Source: Prevotella sp. (GTDB lineage: Bacteria; Bacillota; Clostridia; Oscillospirales; Ruminococcaceae). Taken from it: a DNA stretch of 64,000 nucleotides. The notes under the pieces were generated by a model that was given only the letters and a program-made list of their open reading frames with translations, did not search any database and was not told the DNA's origin. Shown one piece after another: positions 37,402-46,147 of this stretch. The stretch spans positions 13,735 to 77,734 of the forward strand of contig JAMPIC010000005.1 of the NCBI GenBank assembly GCA_023663025.1, given 5' to 3'. Within the stretch, counting starts at the first letter, position 1, and the number at the start of each line of letters is the position of its first letter. The position numbers were made by a program, and so were the translations under genes.

Positions 37402-37430
37402 TCTAAAGAAATCAAAGGAGTTCCTTGCAA

Positions 37431-38360
37431 ATGCCTATCAATATCCCAAATAATCTTCCCGCCTACACCGTACTTAACAACGAAAATATTTTCGTGATGA
37501 CCGATACCGCCGCCGCGCACCAGGATATCCGTCCGCTGCGTATAGCCATCGTAAACCTGATGCCCAAAAAGATCGAGACCGAGACCCAGATACTCCGCCT
37601 GCTTTCCAATACGCCGCTTCAGGTGGACATTGAGCTTATCCAGATGGCAAGCCACGTCACAAAAAACACGCCCATCGAACATCTGACAAAGTTTTACAAA
37701 ACCTTTGACGACGTAAGCGGCGAGCGTTTCGACGGACTTATCATAACCGGCGCACCCGTGGAGCAGATACCCTTTGAGGAAGTCGACTACTGGAAAGAGC
37801 TTTGCGGCATTATGGAGTGGTCGAAAACCAATGTGTGCTCGACCCTCCACATCTGCTGGGGAGCGCAGGCGGGACTGTACTATCACTACGGCGTGCCGAA
37901 GTACGACCTGCCGCAGAAAATGTTCGGAGTGTTTCCCCACAGGGCGGAAGTGACCAACAATCCGCTGCTGAGAGGCTTCGACGAGAAGTTCAACGTCCCG
38001 CACTCGCGGCACACCGAGATACGGCGCATGGACGTGGAAAAGGTCAGGGAGCTGAAAATACTCGCGTCCTCGCCGGAATCGGGAATTGCGGTAATTTCCG
38101 ACGGTACGGACCGCCAGTTCTTTATTCTGGGACATCTGGAGTACGACCGCTTCACCCTCGCAAACGAGTACTTCCGCGACAGGGACAAGGGGCTGCCCAT
38201 AGAAGTCCCCAAGCATTACTTCCCCTATGACGATCCCTCCGAACCGCCGCACTTTAACTGGCGTTCCCACGCAAATCTGCTGTTTTCAAACTGGCTGAAC
38301 TACTGCGTTTACCAGAAAACTCCATACGACCTTGAAAAGCTTGAGCCGCTCGTTTACTGA
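37431..38360 (+). CDS. metA: Homoserine O-acyltransferase (MetA family)
   Basis: [23 protein letters not shown]...[28 protein letters not shown]...[15 protein letters not shown]...HSRHT is the canonical MetA sequence. RBS AAAGGAG. Confidence 0.9.
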   Translation: MPINIPNNLPAYTVLNNENIFVMTDTAAAHQDIRPLRIAIVNLMPKKIETETQILRLLSNTPLQVDIELIQMASHVTKNTPIEHLTKFYKTFDDVSGERFDGLIITGAPVEQIPFEEVDYWKELCGIMEWSKTNVCSTLHICWGAQAGLYYHYGVPKYDLPQKMFGVFPHRAEVTNNPLLRGFDEKFNVPHSRHTEIRRMDVEKVRELKILASSPESGIAVISDGTDRQFFILGHLEYDRFTLANEYFRDRDKGLPIEVPKHYFPYDDPSEPPHFNWRSHANLLFSNWLNYCVYQKTPYDLEKLEPLVY

Positions 38361-38377
38361 GCGGCTCAAATTTTTTT
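38341..38377 (+). terminator. Bidirectional terminator shared by convergent metA and cheC
   Basis: TTGAGCCGCTC-gtttact-GAGCGGCTCAA followed by ATTTTTTT. The 5' arm overlaps the metA stop. Confidence 0.6.
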
Positions 38378-38388
38378 GGAAAGTAAGA

Positions 38389-39003
38389 TCAGCATTCCAC
38401 GCCGATCTTACCCATAAAGTTCTTGATAGTGCTAAGTTCCGGGAAAAACAGCACGTTGAACGCCTTGTGGCTGTCCGTTATTTCAATGGAATTATTTACA
38501 AAGCACATTGCGGAAGCATTCGCACCGCTGATGGAAATTATCTCCGCGGACGGCGAGGTCACGCTTTCGGGAACGGAAATATCCACCGTCATTCCCGACA
38601 TAAGCGCAAAGCTGTTTGCGTATGCCGCCGACACGATGTTCACTGTTTCGCGGACGACGGACGTGCTCATTTCGTCCATATCCTCCTTTTTCTGAATGGA
38701 CACTCCGGGAAAGAATGTCTCTGCCAATCTGTTGATAAAAGCGTAAGGGAACACAAACAGTACCGAGCCGAGCATATCTCCGCTGAGCTTGATGAGGAAA
38801 GCCTCAGCGTCGGAGCTGTGCATATCCGCGATCTTTCCCGCCAGCGCGGCGGCGAGTATTTTTACCTGCGGCGTTGAAATGTCCGTAGCGGAAGATATCA
38901 TCTGAGAAACGGCGGTGGCTGCGTTGCCCGCGCCGATGTTGCATATTTCCTGAAGCACAGACCTGTGCATTTCTTCAAATTCGTTAAAACTGTTAAGTGA
39001 CAT
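38389..39003 (-). CDS. cheC: CheC-family chemotaxis phosphatase
   Basis: EICNIGAGNAATAVSQMI and a second pseudo-repeat (VRETVNIVSAAYANSFA) are typical of CheC/CheX/FliY-type proteins. No other che genes are nearby. Confidence 0.7.
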   Translation of the reverse strand: MSLNSFNEFEEMHRSVLQEICNIGAGNAATAVSQMISSATDISTPQVKILAAALAGKIADMHSSDAEAFLIKLSGDMLGSVLFVFPYAFINRLAETFFPGVSIQKKEDMDEMSTSVVRETVNIVSAAYANSFALMSGMTVDISVPESVTSPSAEIISISGANASAMCFVNNSIEITDSHKAFNVLFFPELSTIKNFMGKIGVEC

Positions 39004-39161
39004 AAATAAGCTCTTGCCTCCATGGTTTTTTATATCCTATGCCGATTTGATTGCCGATGTAACTTTGAAACCGCGCAAATTGCGCAGGCAAAGCACGCAG
39101 ACAGCCGCACATAAAACCCGTTTATGTGCGGGAGCGCGCCGACCGGAAACGATCCGACCGA

Positions 39162-40949
39162 TCAATAAAGCAGCTTGAACAGCTTTTTCTTTTCGACAGC
39201 AAATTCACTTTCGGATATAATGCCGTTGTCAAGCATGGATTTAAGTTTTTTGACAGCGGTCTCAAAGTCCTCAAGGGACATATTTTCGACATTCTTACCT
39301 ACGACTTCCGCAGCGGGCTTTGAAGGCTCGGCGGGTACGGCGGCAGCGGGGACGGGTTTTTCCGCAGCATTGGTTTCCTCACTGCGTTCCGGAGCGGGAG
39401 CGGAAACGGGTTTCGGTTCTGCCGCAGGCGCGGAAACCGGTCTCGGTTCGGTTCTGACCTCGGGAGCAGGGGACGGCTTGGGAGTGAGACGTTTCGCGAT
39501 TTCCTTTGTGGGATCAAGCTCTTCGATCTCGGCGGGGATATATTTTTCCTCGCGCACTTCCTCAAGCTCGTATTCCCGCGTGTCAACAGGAATTGTCAGT
39601 TCCTCGATCTTATCGGGATTTTTCTGTATTGTCTCCACAGGCATGGAGTTGATCTCTTCCTCGTCGGGTCCTTCGGATATCTCGTCCATGAACGATGTAA
39701 CCGACGGCATATCGTCCGCTCTTATTCCCAGGATATCGTCAAGACCCAGTATATCCTCAACCGTGACGGATTCGTTTTTATGAACCGGAGCGGGAGCGGG
39801 TGCGGGTTTAGGCGCGGGAGCAGGTGCAGGTGCGGGTTTAGGTGCGGGAGCGGGCGCAGGTGCGGGAGCGGGCGCAGGTGCGGGTTTAGGTGCGGGAGCA
39901 GGTGCAGGTGCGGGTTTAGGCGCGGGAGCAGGAGCGGGTGCGGGTTTAGGCGCGGGAGCGGGCGCAGGTGCAGGTTTAGGTGCGGGCGCGGGTGCGGGTG
40001 CGGATACAGGTTTAGGCGCGGGAACGGGCGCAGACTCGGTCTTTGGCTTCGGTTCAGACTTGATCATGTCCCTATAGCCGCTCGTCATGCTTTCAAATTC
40101 ATCGTCCTGCGCTCTGCGGCGAGCCTCCGGATTGAGCTTGCGACCGTTTTCAAGCTCTTGTTTCCGGGCGAGCTTGGCGTCGTATTCCGCCTTTGCGCTG
40201 CTGACCGCCTGTACTATCTTTTCCTTGTCGTTTTCCTCGAATTTTGGGAGGATTATCCTGCGGCTTGTTTTTCCATTGGTATTGTCGTCTCCGCACTGAA
40301 TATAGATAGGAGCTATCTTGTTGCTGTTATTAATGTATATCTTCGTGATCTCGTCGAAGCTGCAGGTAAATCCCTTATAGACGGGGTCTTCCTCGTTTAT
40401 TCCTGTGCGGACGCATATAAAGCCCTTGCCGTACACATGCTGGGGCGTAACGGTAATACAGATATCCTGCGGTTTTGAGAGAACGTTTTCCCTGTAGACG
40501 GTCTCAAAGTAAGCAAGCTTTTTTTCGCTGTAAACGGCGGCTTGGTTATCGGCGGAGGCGGGCTGCTTTTCGGGACGGCTGTCAAACTTTTCCTTTCCGT
40601 CCTCGATAGTCTTGATGATCTCATCCTTATTGCCGAAGCCGGGCAGAATTATCCTGCGCTGGTTCATAACGCCCGTGGAATTGTCGGCGCACTGCACATA
40701 TACAGGCTGAAGCTTGTTGTTAAAATTTATGTATACCTTTGTTATAATATCAAAGCCGCATTCAAAATTGGAGTAAAACATATCATCTTCTTTAGTGCCT
40801 ATCTGGTCGCAGATAAAGGCAGTGCCGAATATTCCGTCCTCGGTGACGGTAACCTTGATATTCTGCGGTTTTGAGATTACGCTTTCCTTGTAGACCGTTT
40901 CAAAAGAAGCAAGCTTTTTTGCGGATGAAATGCTTACTTGATTATCCAT
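39162..40949 (-). CDS. SHOCT-domain protein with two ~125-aa N-terminal repeats and a long (PAPAPAPKPA)n linker
   Basis: The C-terminus SLEDFETAVKKLKSMLDNGIISESEFAVEKKKLFKLLY is a SHOCT motif. The N-terminal duplication reads KKLA(S/Y)FETVY(K/R)E(S/N)V(I/L)SKPQ...RRIILP. Start at MDNQVSI (40949). Confidence 0.7.
   Translation of the reverse strand: MDNQVSISSAKKLASFETVYKESVISKPQNIKVTVTEDGIFGTAFICDQIGTKEDDMFYSNFECGFDIITKVYINFNNKLQPVYVQCADNSTGVMNQRRIILPGFGNKDEIIKTIEDGKEKFDSRPEKQPASADNQAAVYSEKKLAYFETVYRENVLSKPQDICITVTPQHVYGKGFICVRTGINEEDPVYKGFTCSFDEITKIYINNSNKIAPIYIQCGDDNTNGKTSRRIILPKFEENDKEKIVQAVSSAKAEYDAKLARKQELENGRKLNPEARRRAQDDEFESMTSGYRDMIKSEPKPKTESAPVPAPKPVSAPAPAPAPKPAPAPAPAPKPAPAPAPAPKPAPAPAPAPKPAPAPAPAPAPAPAPKPAPAPAPAPKPAPAPAPVHKNESVTVEDILGLDDILGIRADDMPSVTSFMDEISEGPDEEEINSMPVETIQKNPDKIEELTIPVDTREYELEEVREEKYIPAEIEELDPTKEIAKRLTPKPSPAPEVRTEPRPVSAPAAEPKPVSAPAPERSEETNAAEKPVPAAAVPAEPSKPAAEVVGKNVENMSLEDFETAVKKLKSMLDNGIISESEFAVEKKKLFKLLY
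39787..40030. repeat. In-frame tandem repeat, ~30-bp unit, about 7-8 copies
   Basis: The unit GGTGCGGGTTTAGGYGCGGGAGCRGGYGCA repeats head-to-tail. On the coding (minus) strand it encodes APAPAPKPAP units inside the SHOCT protein. Confidence 0.8.
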
Positions 40950-41178
40950 TGACAAACACCACTTTCGTATAATATTGCAGTACAAATCCTGCGGACTGAT
41001 TTATTGACAGCACTTTGGCATTACAGTAATATTATAACATATATTCTTAAAATAGTCAAACATTATTAATAGAGGAACACATAAAATTTCGGCGTGTTTT
41101 TTTTAACGATATGCACAATGGAATTATTTCTGTGAAATTACAGATAATACTGCTGAAATTGGTTCCGGAGGCTTTGCT

Positions 41179-41979
41179 GTGAAAAATTGGATATTTCTTG
41201 CTCTTGCGTTTTACGGACTTGCCGCCGCCTATATATCGTCGCTTTTCTATGCTGAAGCTCTGGCTTACGTCCCGCCCGCCGCGGCAATGACGGATATGGA
41301 CTTCCTTGCGGCTAAGCCGGTTTCCGCCTATACCGAAAGCGACTTTGAGCTGATACGGGAGCAGACGGGTCTGGGACGTTCCGCCGTGGTTTCCCTCGGA
41401 AGTTATGAACAGCTTTCGGAGTATCGGGACAGATACTTCGGCGGCGCGGATTTTTCCTGCACCATGAACTCCCCCGTTTCCTTTGAGGAGCGTATCTGCG
41501 GCGCTCCCGCCCTGCTTGCCCCTCTGGAGGACGGAGACATACTCGTTACCAATTGCTCCCACGTTTTAAGCTGGAGGAACGGTCACGCCGCCATAGTCGT
41601 GGACGCGGAGAACGGCGTTACTCTCGAAGCCGTCGTCATTGGCTCAAACTCCCGTACTCAGGACATAAGCAAGTGGACGCGCTACCCGAATTTCGCGGTG
41701 CTCCGCCTCAAAAACGCGGACAAAAAAGAACGCGCCGAAATAGCGCGTTCCGCATTGGAAAATCTTAACAACATTCCCTACAAGGTCACAATAGGACTTT
41801 TTCCAGCCAAATATTCGGAGCTTAGCCTTGCCGCGGGTACGCAGTGCGCACATCTGGTGTGGCTTGCCTACGCGGCTCACGGGTACGACATAGACTCCGA
41901 TCACGGACTGATAGTCACCCCCGAGGATATTCTCGGCAGCGACCTTTTCGAGCGGGTGCAGGTGTTCGGTATGGGCTAA
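41179..41979 (+). CDS. Permuted papain-like amidase, YaeF/YiiX (C92) family, with an N-terminal membrane anchor
   Basis: GDILVTNCSHVLSWRNGHAAIVVDAENGVTLEA...IPYKV...GTQCAHLVWLAY shows the His-before-Cys permuted NlpC/P60-like arrangement. The N-terminal hydrophobic helix is WIFLALAFYGLAAAYI. Confidence 0.7.
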   Translation: MKNWIFLALAFYGLAAAYISSLFYAEALAYVPPAAAMTDMDFLAAKPVSAYTESDFELIREQTGLGRSAVVSLGSYEQLSEYRDRYFGGADFSCTMNSPVSFEERICGAPALLAPLEDGDILVTNCSHVLSWRNGHAAIVVDAENGVTLEAVVIGSNSRTQDISKWTRYPNFAVLRLKNADKKERAEIARSALENLNNIPYKVTIGLFPAKYSELSLAAGTQCAHLVWLAYAAHGYDIDSDHGLIVTPEDILGSDLFERVQVFGMG

Positions 41980-42050
41980 AGGCTGAGCCTTTACCCTTGC
42001 CGCCATTTACAGCACGCAAGAGAAATTTTGCTTCCGAGACGAAGGAGCGT
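41976..42050 (-). repeat. Structured intergenic repeat, diverged copy D
   Basis: The plus strand reads ctAAAGGCtgaGCCTTTaCCCTTGccgccatttacagcacgCAAGAGaaattttgcttccgagacgaagg. It lies between convergent genes, beginning about 23 nt after the stop of the minus-strand HD gene. Confidence 0.5.
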
Positions 42051-42072
42051 TTATCGCCCGCCGGACGGTGCG

Positions 42073-42741
42073 CTAAATTATTTCCCCGCCGTTGATCCGC
42101 AGGCGGAACTTCACTCCGAGGAACTCCGCCGAGCGTTTGCACAGCATCATTCTCTGGAGGAAAATCTCAAAATATTCCATAACCGAGGCTATGCCTGTGT
42201 CTATTTCCAGCTCCAGGATAAGAGCGGTCTTATCCGCGCCGAAAAACAGGTCGGACTTTTCAACGGCGTAGTTCACGCGGTCGTGAATGTCGAAGCTTTT
42301 CATATCGGCGTTGCGGACGCGGCTTCGGCGCACGTCGGTCTTGTCGGCGATTATAAGCGCTGCGGAGACCGCGTTCAGCGGCTGGGCGGTGGACTCGTCA
42401 TGGTTGCCGATCGCCGAGATTATCGCGCAGATCTCCTCGGCGGGCATATTGAGATTGTCCAGCAGACGGAAAGCCATTACCGCGCCGCTCTGAGCGTGGT
42501 CGATACGGTTTATCACGTTGCCGATATCGTGAAGATAGGCGGCGATTTTTCCCAGCTCGACTGTGCGGGAGGGGTAATTCAGTGTGGACAGTATCATCTC
42601 CACCGTCGCCGCGGCTTTCTCCACATGGGCAAAGGAATGCTCCGTGTAGCCCTGAGCCTCCACTGCGGCGTCGGCGTTCTTTATATATGTGCGTATGTCG
42701 GGATTCCGGCAGATATATTCATAGGTCACAATGCTGCTCAT
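42073..42741 (-). CDS. HD-domain phosphohydrolase
   Basis: HSFAHVEKAA...AAYLHDIGNVINRIDHAQSG...AIGNHDE contains the H...HD...H...D metal ligands. Confidence 0.8.
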   Translation of the reverse strand: MSSIVTYEYICRNPDIRTYIKNADAAVEAQGYTEHSFAHVEKAAATVEMILSTLNYPSRTVELGKIAAYLHDIGNVINRIDHAQSGAVMAFRLLDNLNMPAEEICAIISAIGNHDESTAQPLNAVSAALIIADKTDVRRSRVRNADMKSFDIHDRVNYAVEKSDLFFGADKTALILELEIDTGIASVMEYFEIFLQRMMLCKRSAEFLGVKFRLRINGGEII

Positions 42742-42769
42742 TCGGCAGTATCTTCCTTTCCGTGATGAA

Positions 42770-44302
42770 TTACAGTGACTTAGGCTTTACCTTGACCTTG
42801 ATCTTTCTTCTGACGGGTGCGCGGAAGTACCGTTTGGAGTATTTCAGTATCTTCTCGGCAAGCTTGTCGGTAAGGTCGTCCTCGCCGAGCCGCCAAGCCC
42901 AGTTGCCGTTGCCGACAGTGGAGGGGACGTTCATTCTCGCCTCCGAGCCAAGTCCCAGAAAGTCCTGCATCTGAATGACCGCAAGGTCGGAAACGCTTGC
43001 GTAAGCCGTCCTTATCATACCCCAGTTCGCGCCCTCCTTTTTGGTGAGAGCCATATATTTTTTCGCGTTTTTCCGCGTGGATTTGTCAAGGCTGCCGTAC
43101 CAGCCGAGAGCGGTGTCGTTGTCGTGGGTTCCGATATATGTTACGCTGTTTTTGACGTAATTGTGAGGAAGGTAGCCGCTGTCCTCGCCGCCGAAAGCGA
43201 ATTCGAGCACGTTCATGCCGGGGAAGCCCGATTCCTTCAGCATTTTTTTCACGTCAGCAGTAAGGAAGCCCAAATCCTCCGCAACAAGGTTGACATTGCC
43301 CAGCGTGGACTTTATCGCCCTGAACAGCTTCATGGACGGTCCGGGCAGCCAGTCGCCCACCTCGGCGGTCTCGTTTCCGTAGGGAATGGCGTAGAAGCTT
43401 TCAAAGCCGCGGAAATGGTCGATGCGGGTCAGGTCGAACAGTTCGCCCGAATACTTCACGCGGGACACCCACCAGCTGTAGCCTGTCAGCTCCATATAGT
43501 CCCAATCGTAGAGGGGATTGCCCCAAAGCTGTCCCGTGGGGGAGAAATCGTCGGGAGGACAGCCCGCCACCTTTGTGGGACGTCTGTTTACGTCCAGCAT
43601 GAAAAGCTCGGGAGCCGCCCATATGTCGGAGCTGTCCATGGAAACGTAGATGGGCATATCGCCGTACAGCTTTATTCCCCGCGAATTGGCGTAGCGTTTC
43701 AGCTCGAAGTACTGCTCGAAAAACTTGTACTGGATAAACTTGACGCATTGGATATCGTCCGCAAGCTCCTCGGAGTAACGTTTCATGGATTCGGGCAGGC
43801 GCAGGCGGATATCGTCGTCCCATTCAGTCCACATCACGCCGCGGAAATTCTTTTTCAGCGCGGTGAACAGGGCGTAGTCCTCCAGCCAGAAAGCGTTGAC
43901 CGTACAGAACCTTTCAAAGCCGGCAAGCTTTTCCTTGTCCGCGAGGGCGAAGAATGAAACGCAGGCTTTTTTCAGAACGGTCTGCTTGAAGCCGCCGAGC
44001 TGTGCGTAATCGGTAAAATCCCGCTTTTTTTCGATGACCCGCAGATCGGGATCGTCCGCGCTTATCAGTCCCTCGGCAATGAGAGCGTCGAGGTCGATGA
44101 GCAGGGGATTTCCCGCGAAAGCGGAGTAGCTCTGGTAGGGGGAATCGCCGAAGCCCGTAGGACCTATCGGCAGTATCTGCCAGTATTCCTGACCGCTTTT
44201 TACAAGGAAGTCCACAAATTTTTTCGCCCGGAAGCCGAGCGTGCCTATGCCGTACCGTCCCGGCAAACTGGAAATATGAAGCAAAATTCCGCTGCTGTGC
44301 AT
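42770..44302 (-). CDS. malQ: 4-alpha-glucanotransferase (amylomaltase, GH77)
   Basis: MHSSGILLHISSLPGRYGIGTLG, SPYQSYSAFAGNPLLID, RIDHFRGF, NLVAEDLG and GTHDNDT are all canonical MalQ motifs. Confidence 0.9.
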   Translation of the reverse strand: MHSSGILLHISSLPGRYGIGTLGFRAKKFVDFLVKSGQEYWQILPIGPTGFGDSPYQSYSAFAGNPLLIDLDALIAEGLISADDPDLRVIEKKRDFTDYAQLGGFKQTVLKKACVSFFALADKEKLAGFERFCTVNAFWLEDYALFTALKKNFRGVMWTEWDDDIRLRLPESMKRYSEELADDIQCVKFIQYKFFEQYFELKRYANSRGIKLYGDMPIYVSMDSSDIWAAPELFMLDVNRRPTKVAGCPPDDFSPTGQLWGNPLYDWDYMELTGYSWWVSRVKYSGELFDLTRIDHFRGFESFYAIPYGNETAEVGDWLPGPSMKLFRAIKSTLGNVNLVAEDLGFLTADVKKMLKESGFPGMNVLEFAFGGEDSGYLPHNYVKNSVTYIGTHDNDTALGWYGSLDKSTRKNAKKYMALTKKEGANWGMIRTAYASVSDLAVIQMQDFLGLGSEARMNVPSTVGNGNWAWRLGEDDLTDKLAEKILKYSKRYFRAPVRRKIKVKVKPKSL

Positions 44303-44430
44303 AAACATCATTCCTTTGCAAATAATTAATATCATTATACACCATGTTTTCTTGATTTTCAAGCGTTGTGTATAATTTGGCTCCGTGATTTTAAAATATA
44401 CGGAGAAAAAATTAAAGGAGAGCGAAAAAA

Positions 44431-44622
44431 ATGAGCTATCAGAACAATAACCGCAGCGACAGCCAGAACAGCCGCAGCAACGACAGCAAGAACCAGCAGA
44501 ACAATCAGAACAATCAGAACCGGCAGAACAACCAGAACAACCAGAACAGCCAGAACAGCCAGAACAGCAAGAACAACAGCAGCAACAAGAACAGCGGCAG
44601 CAGCTATCAGGACAACAAGTAA
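44431..44622 (+). CDS. 63-aa protein composed almost entirely of N, Q, S and K/R
   Basis: MSYQNNNRSDSQNSRSNDSKNQQNNQNNQNRQNNQNNQNSQNSQNSKNNSSNKNSGSSYQDNK. Strong RBS AAAGGAG 10 nt upstream, and a strong terminator follows immediately. Confidence 0.6.
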   Translation: MSYQNNNRSDSQNSRSNDSKNQQNNQNNQNRQNNQNNQNSQNSQNSKNNSSNKNSGSSYQDNK

Positions 44623-44640
44623 GCTTTGTCCCTCTTAACG

Positions 44641-44680
44641 AAGCAGCCCCCGATATTTTTCGGGGGCTGCTTTCGGTTTT
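44641..44680 (+). terminator. Rho-independent terminator
   Basis: AAGCAGCCCCCG-atattttt-CGGGGGCTGCTT followed by TCGGTTTTT. Confidence 0.75.
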
Positions 44681-44836
44681 TACGCCAAATCGCCCAAAGC
44701 TTTCGGGCGGCGCTTTCTATCGCAATTTTATCCGCGATTTTGCAAAAAACAGTTGCAGTTTGCACGGAAGTATGATATAATGGATTTGTATTGTATCCGC
44801 TCGGACGCAAGCGGCGTTTATTTTGCAGCAAAGGTG

Positions 44837-46129
44837 ATGCTCTTGAATTACTGCGAAGCAATGAAATATATTGAAGGTTTCTCAAAGCTCGGCAAGCCTG
44901 TCGCAAATCTTTCTCGGTTTGAAAGAATTATGAACGCATTGGGAGATCCCCAAAAGGAAATGAATTTCGTCCATGTGGCGGGAACCAATGGCAAAGGCTC
45001 GACAGTGCGTATGATCGCCGAAACGCTTACAAAAGCGGGCTATCGGACAGGCGAGTTCACTTCACCCTATATCAGGGTCTACAACGACAGAATACGCATC
45101 GACGGCGCGAATATAGCCGACGAAGAGCTTGCGGAAATAGTAACGCAGATCAAGCCCATACTGGACGGTCTGACCGAAGGCTGCTCTCAGTTCGAGATAA
45201 CGACGGCAATAGCGTTCATTTATTTCAAGGCTAAAAAGTGCGGTATCGTTGTGCTCGAAACGGGTCTGGGCGGACTGCTCGACTGCACCAATATTATCGA
45301 AAAGCCCTGCGTATCGGTGATAACCTCCATATCCCCCGACCACACCGCCATACTGGGTGACACCTTGGAACAGATCGCGCTCCACAAGGCGGGGATAATC
45401 AAGCAGGGCTGCCCCGTAGTAATATCGCCCTCCCAAAGCAAGGAGGCATACGCGGTGGTCTACAGGACGGCGGCGCGGTTTGAGGCGAAGCTCGTCACGC
45501 CCGACATGGACAGGCTGAAAATAAAAAGCTGCGGCTATACGGGCAACAGCTTTTACTACAGGGGACTGCCCTATAAGACCTCCATGGTGGGCAGACATCA
45601 GATAGACAACGCGCTCACGGCTCTGGAAACGCTCCGCGTACTGAAAAGGCGCGGCTTCGGACGGATATTTTATCCCCGCGTCTATAAGGGTCTGAAGGAA
45701 GCTTCCGTACCCAGCAGGTGTCAGACAATACGGGCAGACAAGCCTTTCGTCATGATGGACGGGGCGCACAATCCAGACGGAATGAGGGCGCTGGCGGACT
45801 TTGTGCGGACTGTCCCCAAAGCTCCGAAAATACTGGTGTGCGGCATGATGGCGGACAAGGACTGGCGCGCCTCGATAGGCTACATAAGCCGCTATATCGA
45901 CAGAGCGGTCTGTCTCGACGGATTTGCGCGGAACACCGTATCAGCACGCGAACTGGCGGGAATGTTCACCGAGGGAGAGATATCCAATCTGCGCGACGCC
46001 GCGTCAAGGGCTGTCACGCTGGCGGGAACGGACGGAATGGTGATAATCGCAGGCTCGCTTTATCTGGCGGCGGCTTTGCAAACTCACGGCGGACTTGAAA
46101 ATATCGCCGATGAAAACGAAGAAAAATAA
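44837..46129 (+). CDS. folC: Folylpolyglutamate synthase/dihydrofolate synthase (Mur ligase family)
   Basis: NYCEAMKYIEGFSKLG..., the P-loop VHVAGTNGKGST, and later DGAHNPDG. The start is ambiguous: the ATG at 44837 or the TTG at 44843. Confidence 0.85.
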   Translation: MLLNYCEAMKYIEGFSKLGKPVANLSRFERIMNALGDPQKEMNFVHVAGTNGKGSTVRMIAETLTKAGYRTGEFTSPYIRVYNDRIRIDGANIADEELAEIVTQIKPILDGLTEGCSQFEITTAIAFIYFKAKKCGIVVLETGLGGLLDCTNIIEKPCVSVITSISPDHTAILGDTLEQIALHKAGIIKQGCPVVISPSQSKEAYAVVYRTAARFEAKLVTPDMDRLKIKSCGYTGNSFYYRGLPYKTSMVGRHQIDNALTALETLRVLKRRGFGRIFYPRVYKGLKEASVPSRCQTIRADKPFVMMDGAHNPDGMRALADFVRTVPKAPKILVCGMMADKDWRASIGYISRYIDRAVCLDGFARNTVSARELAGMFTEGEISNLRDAASRAVTLAGTDGMVIIAGSLYLAAALQTHGGLENIADENEEK

Positions 46130-46147
46130 TTTGAAAGGACGGATAAA

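Noticed and set aside
37402-37430. An expected SAM riboswitch or T-box leader upstream of metA.
   Set aside because: Only 29 nt separate metA from the preceding lipoprotein gene, which leaves no room for such a leader.
39787-40030. Regular ~30-bp repeats that could be mistaken for a CRISPR array.
   Set aside because: The units are contiguous with no unique spacers. They sit in frame inside a long ORF and encode a PAPAPAPK linker. No cas genes or leader are present.
44431-44622. The CAGAAC/AACAAC microsatellite-like tract, considered as non-coding simple-sequence DNA.
   Set aside because: I keep it as a probable CDS. It has a strong SD at ideal spacing, an uninterrupted frame and a dedicated terminator. 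I cannot fully exclude a non-coding interpretation.
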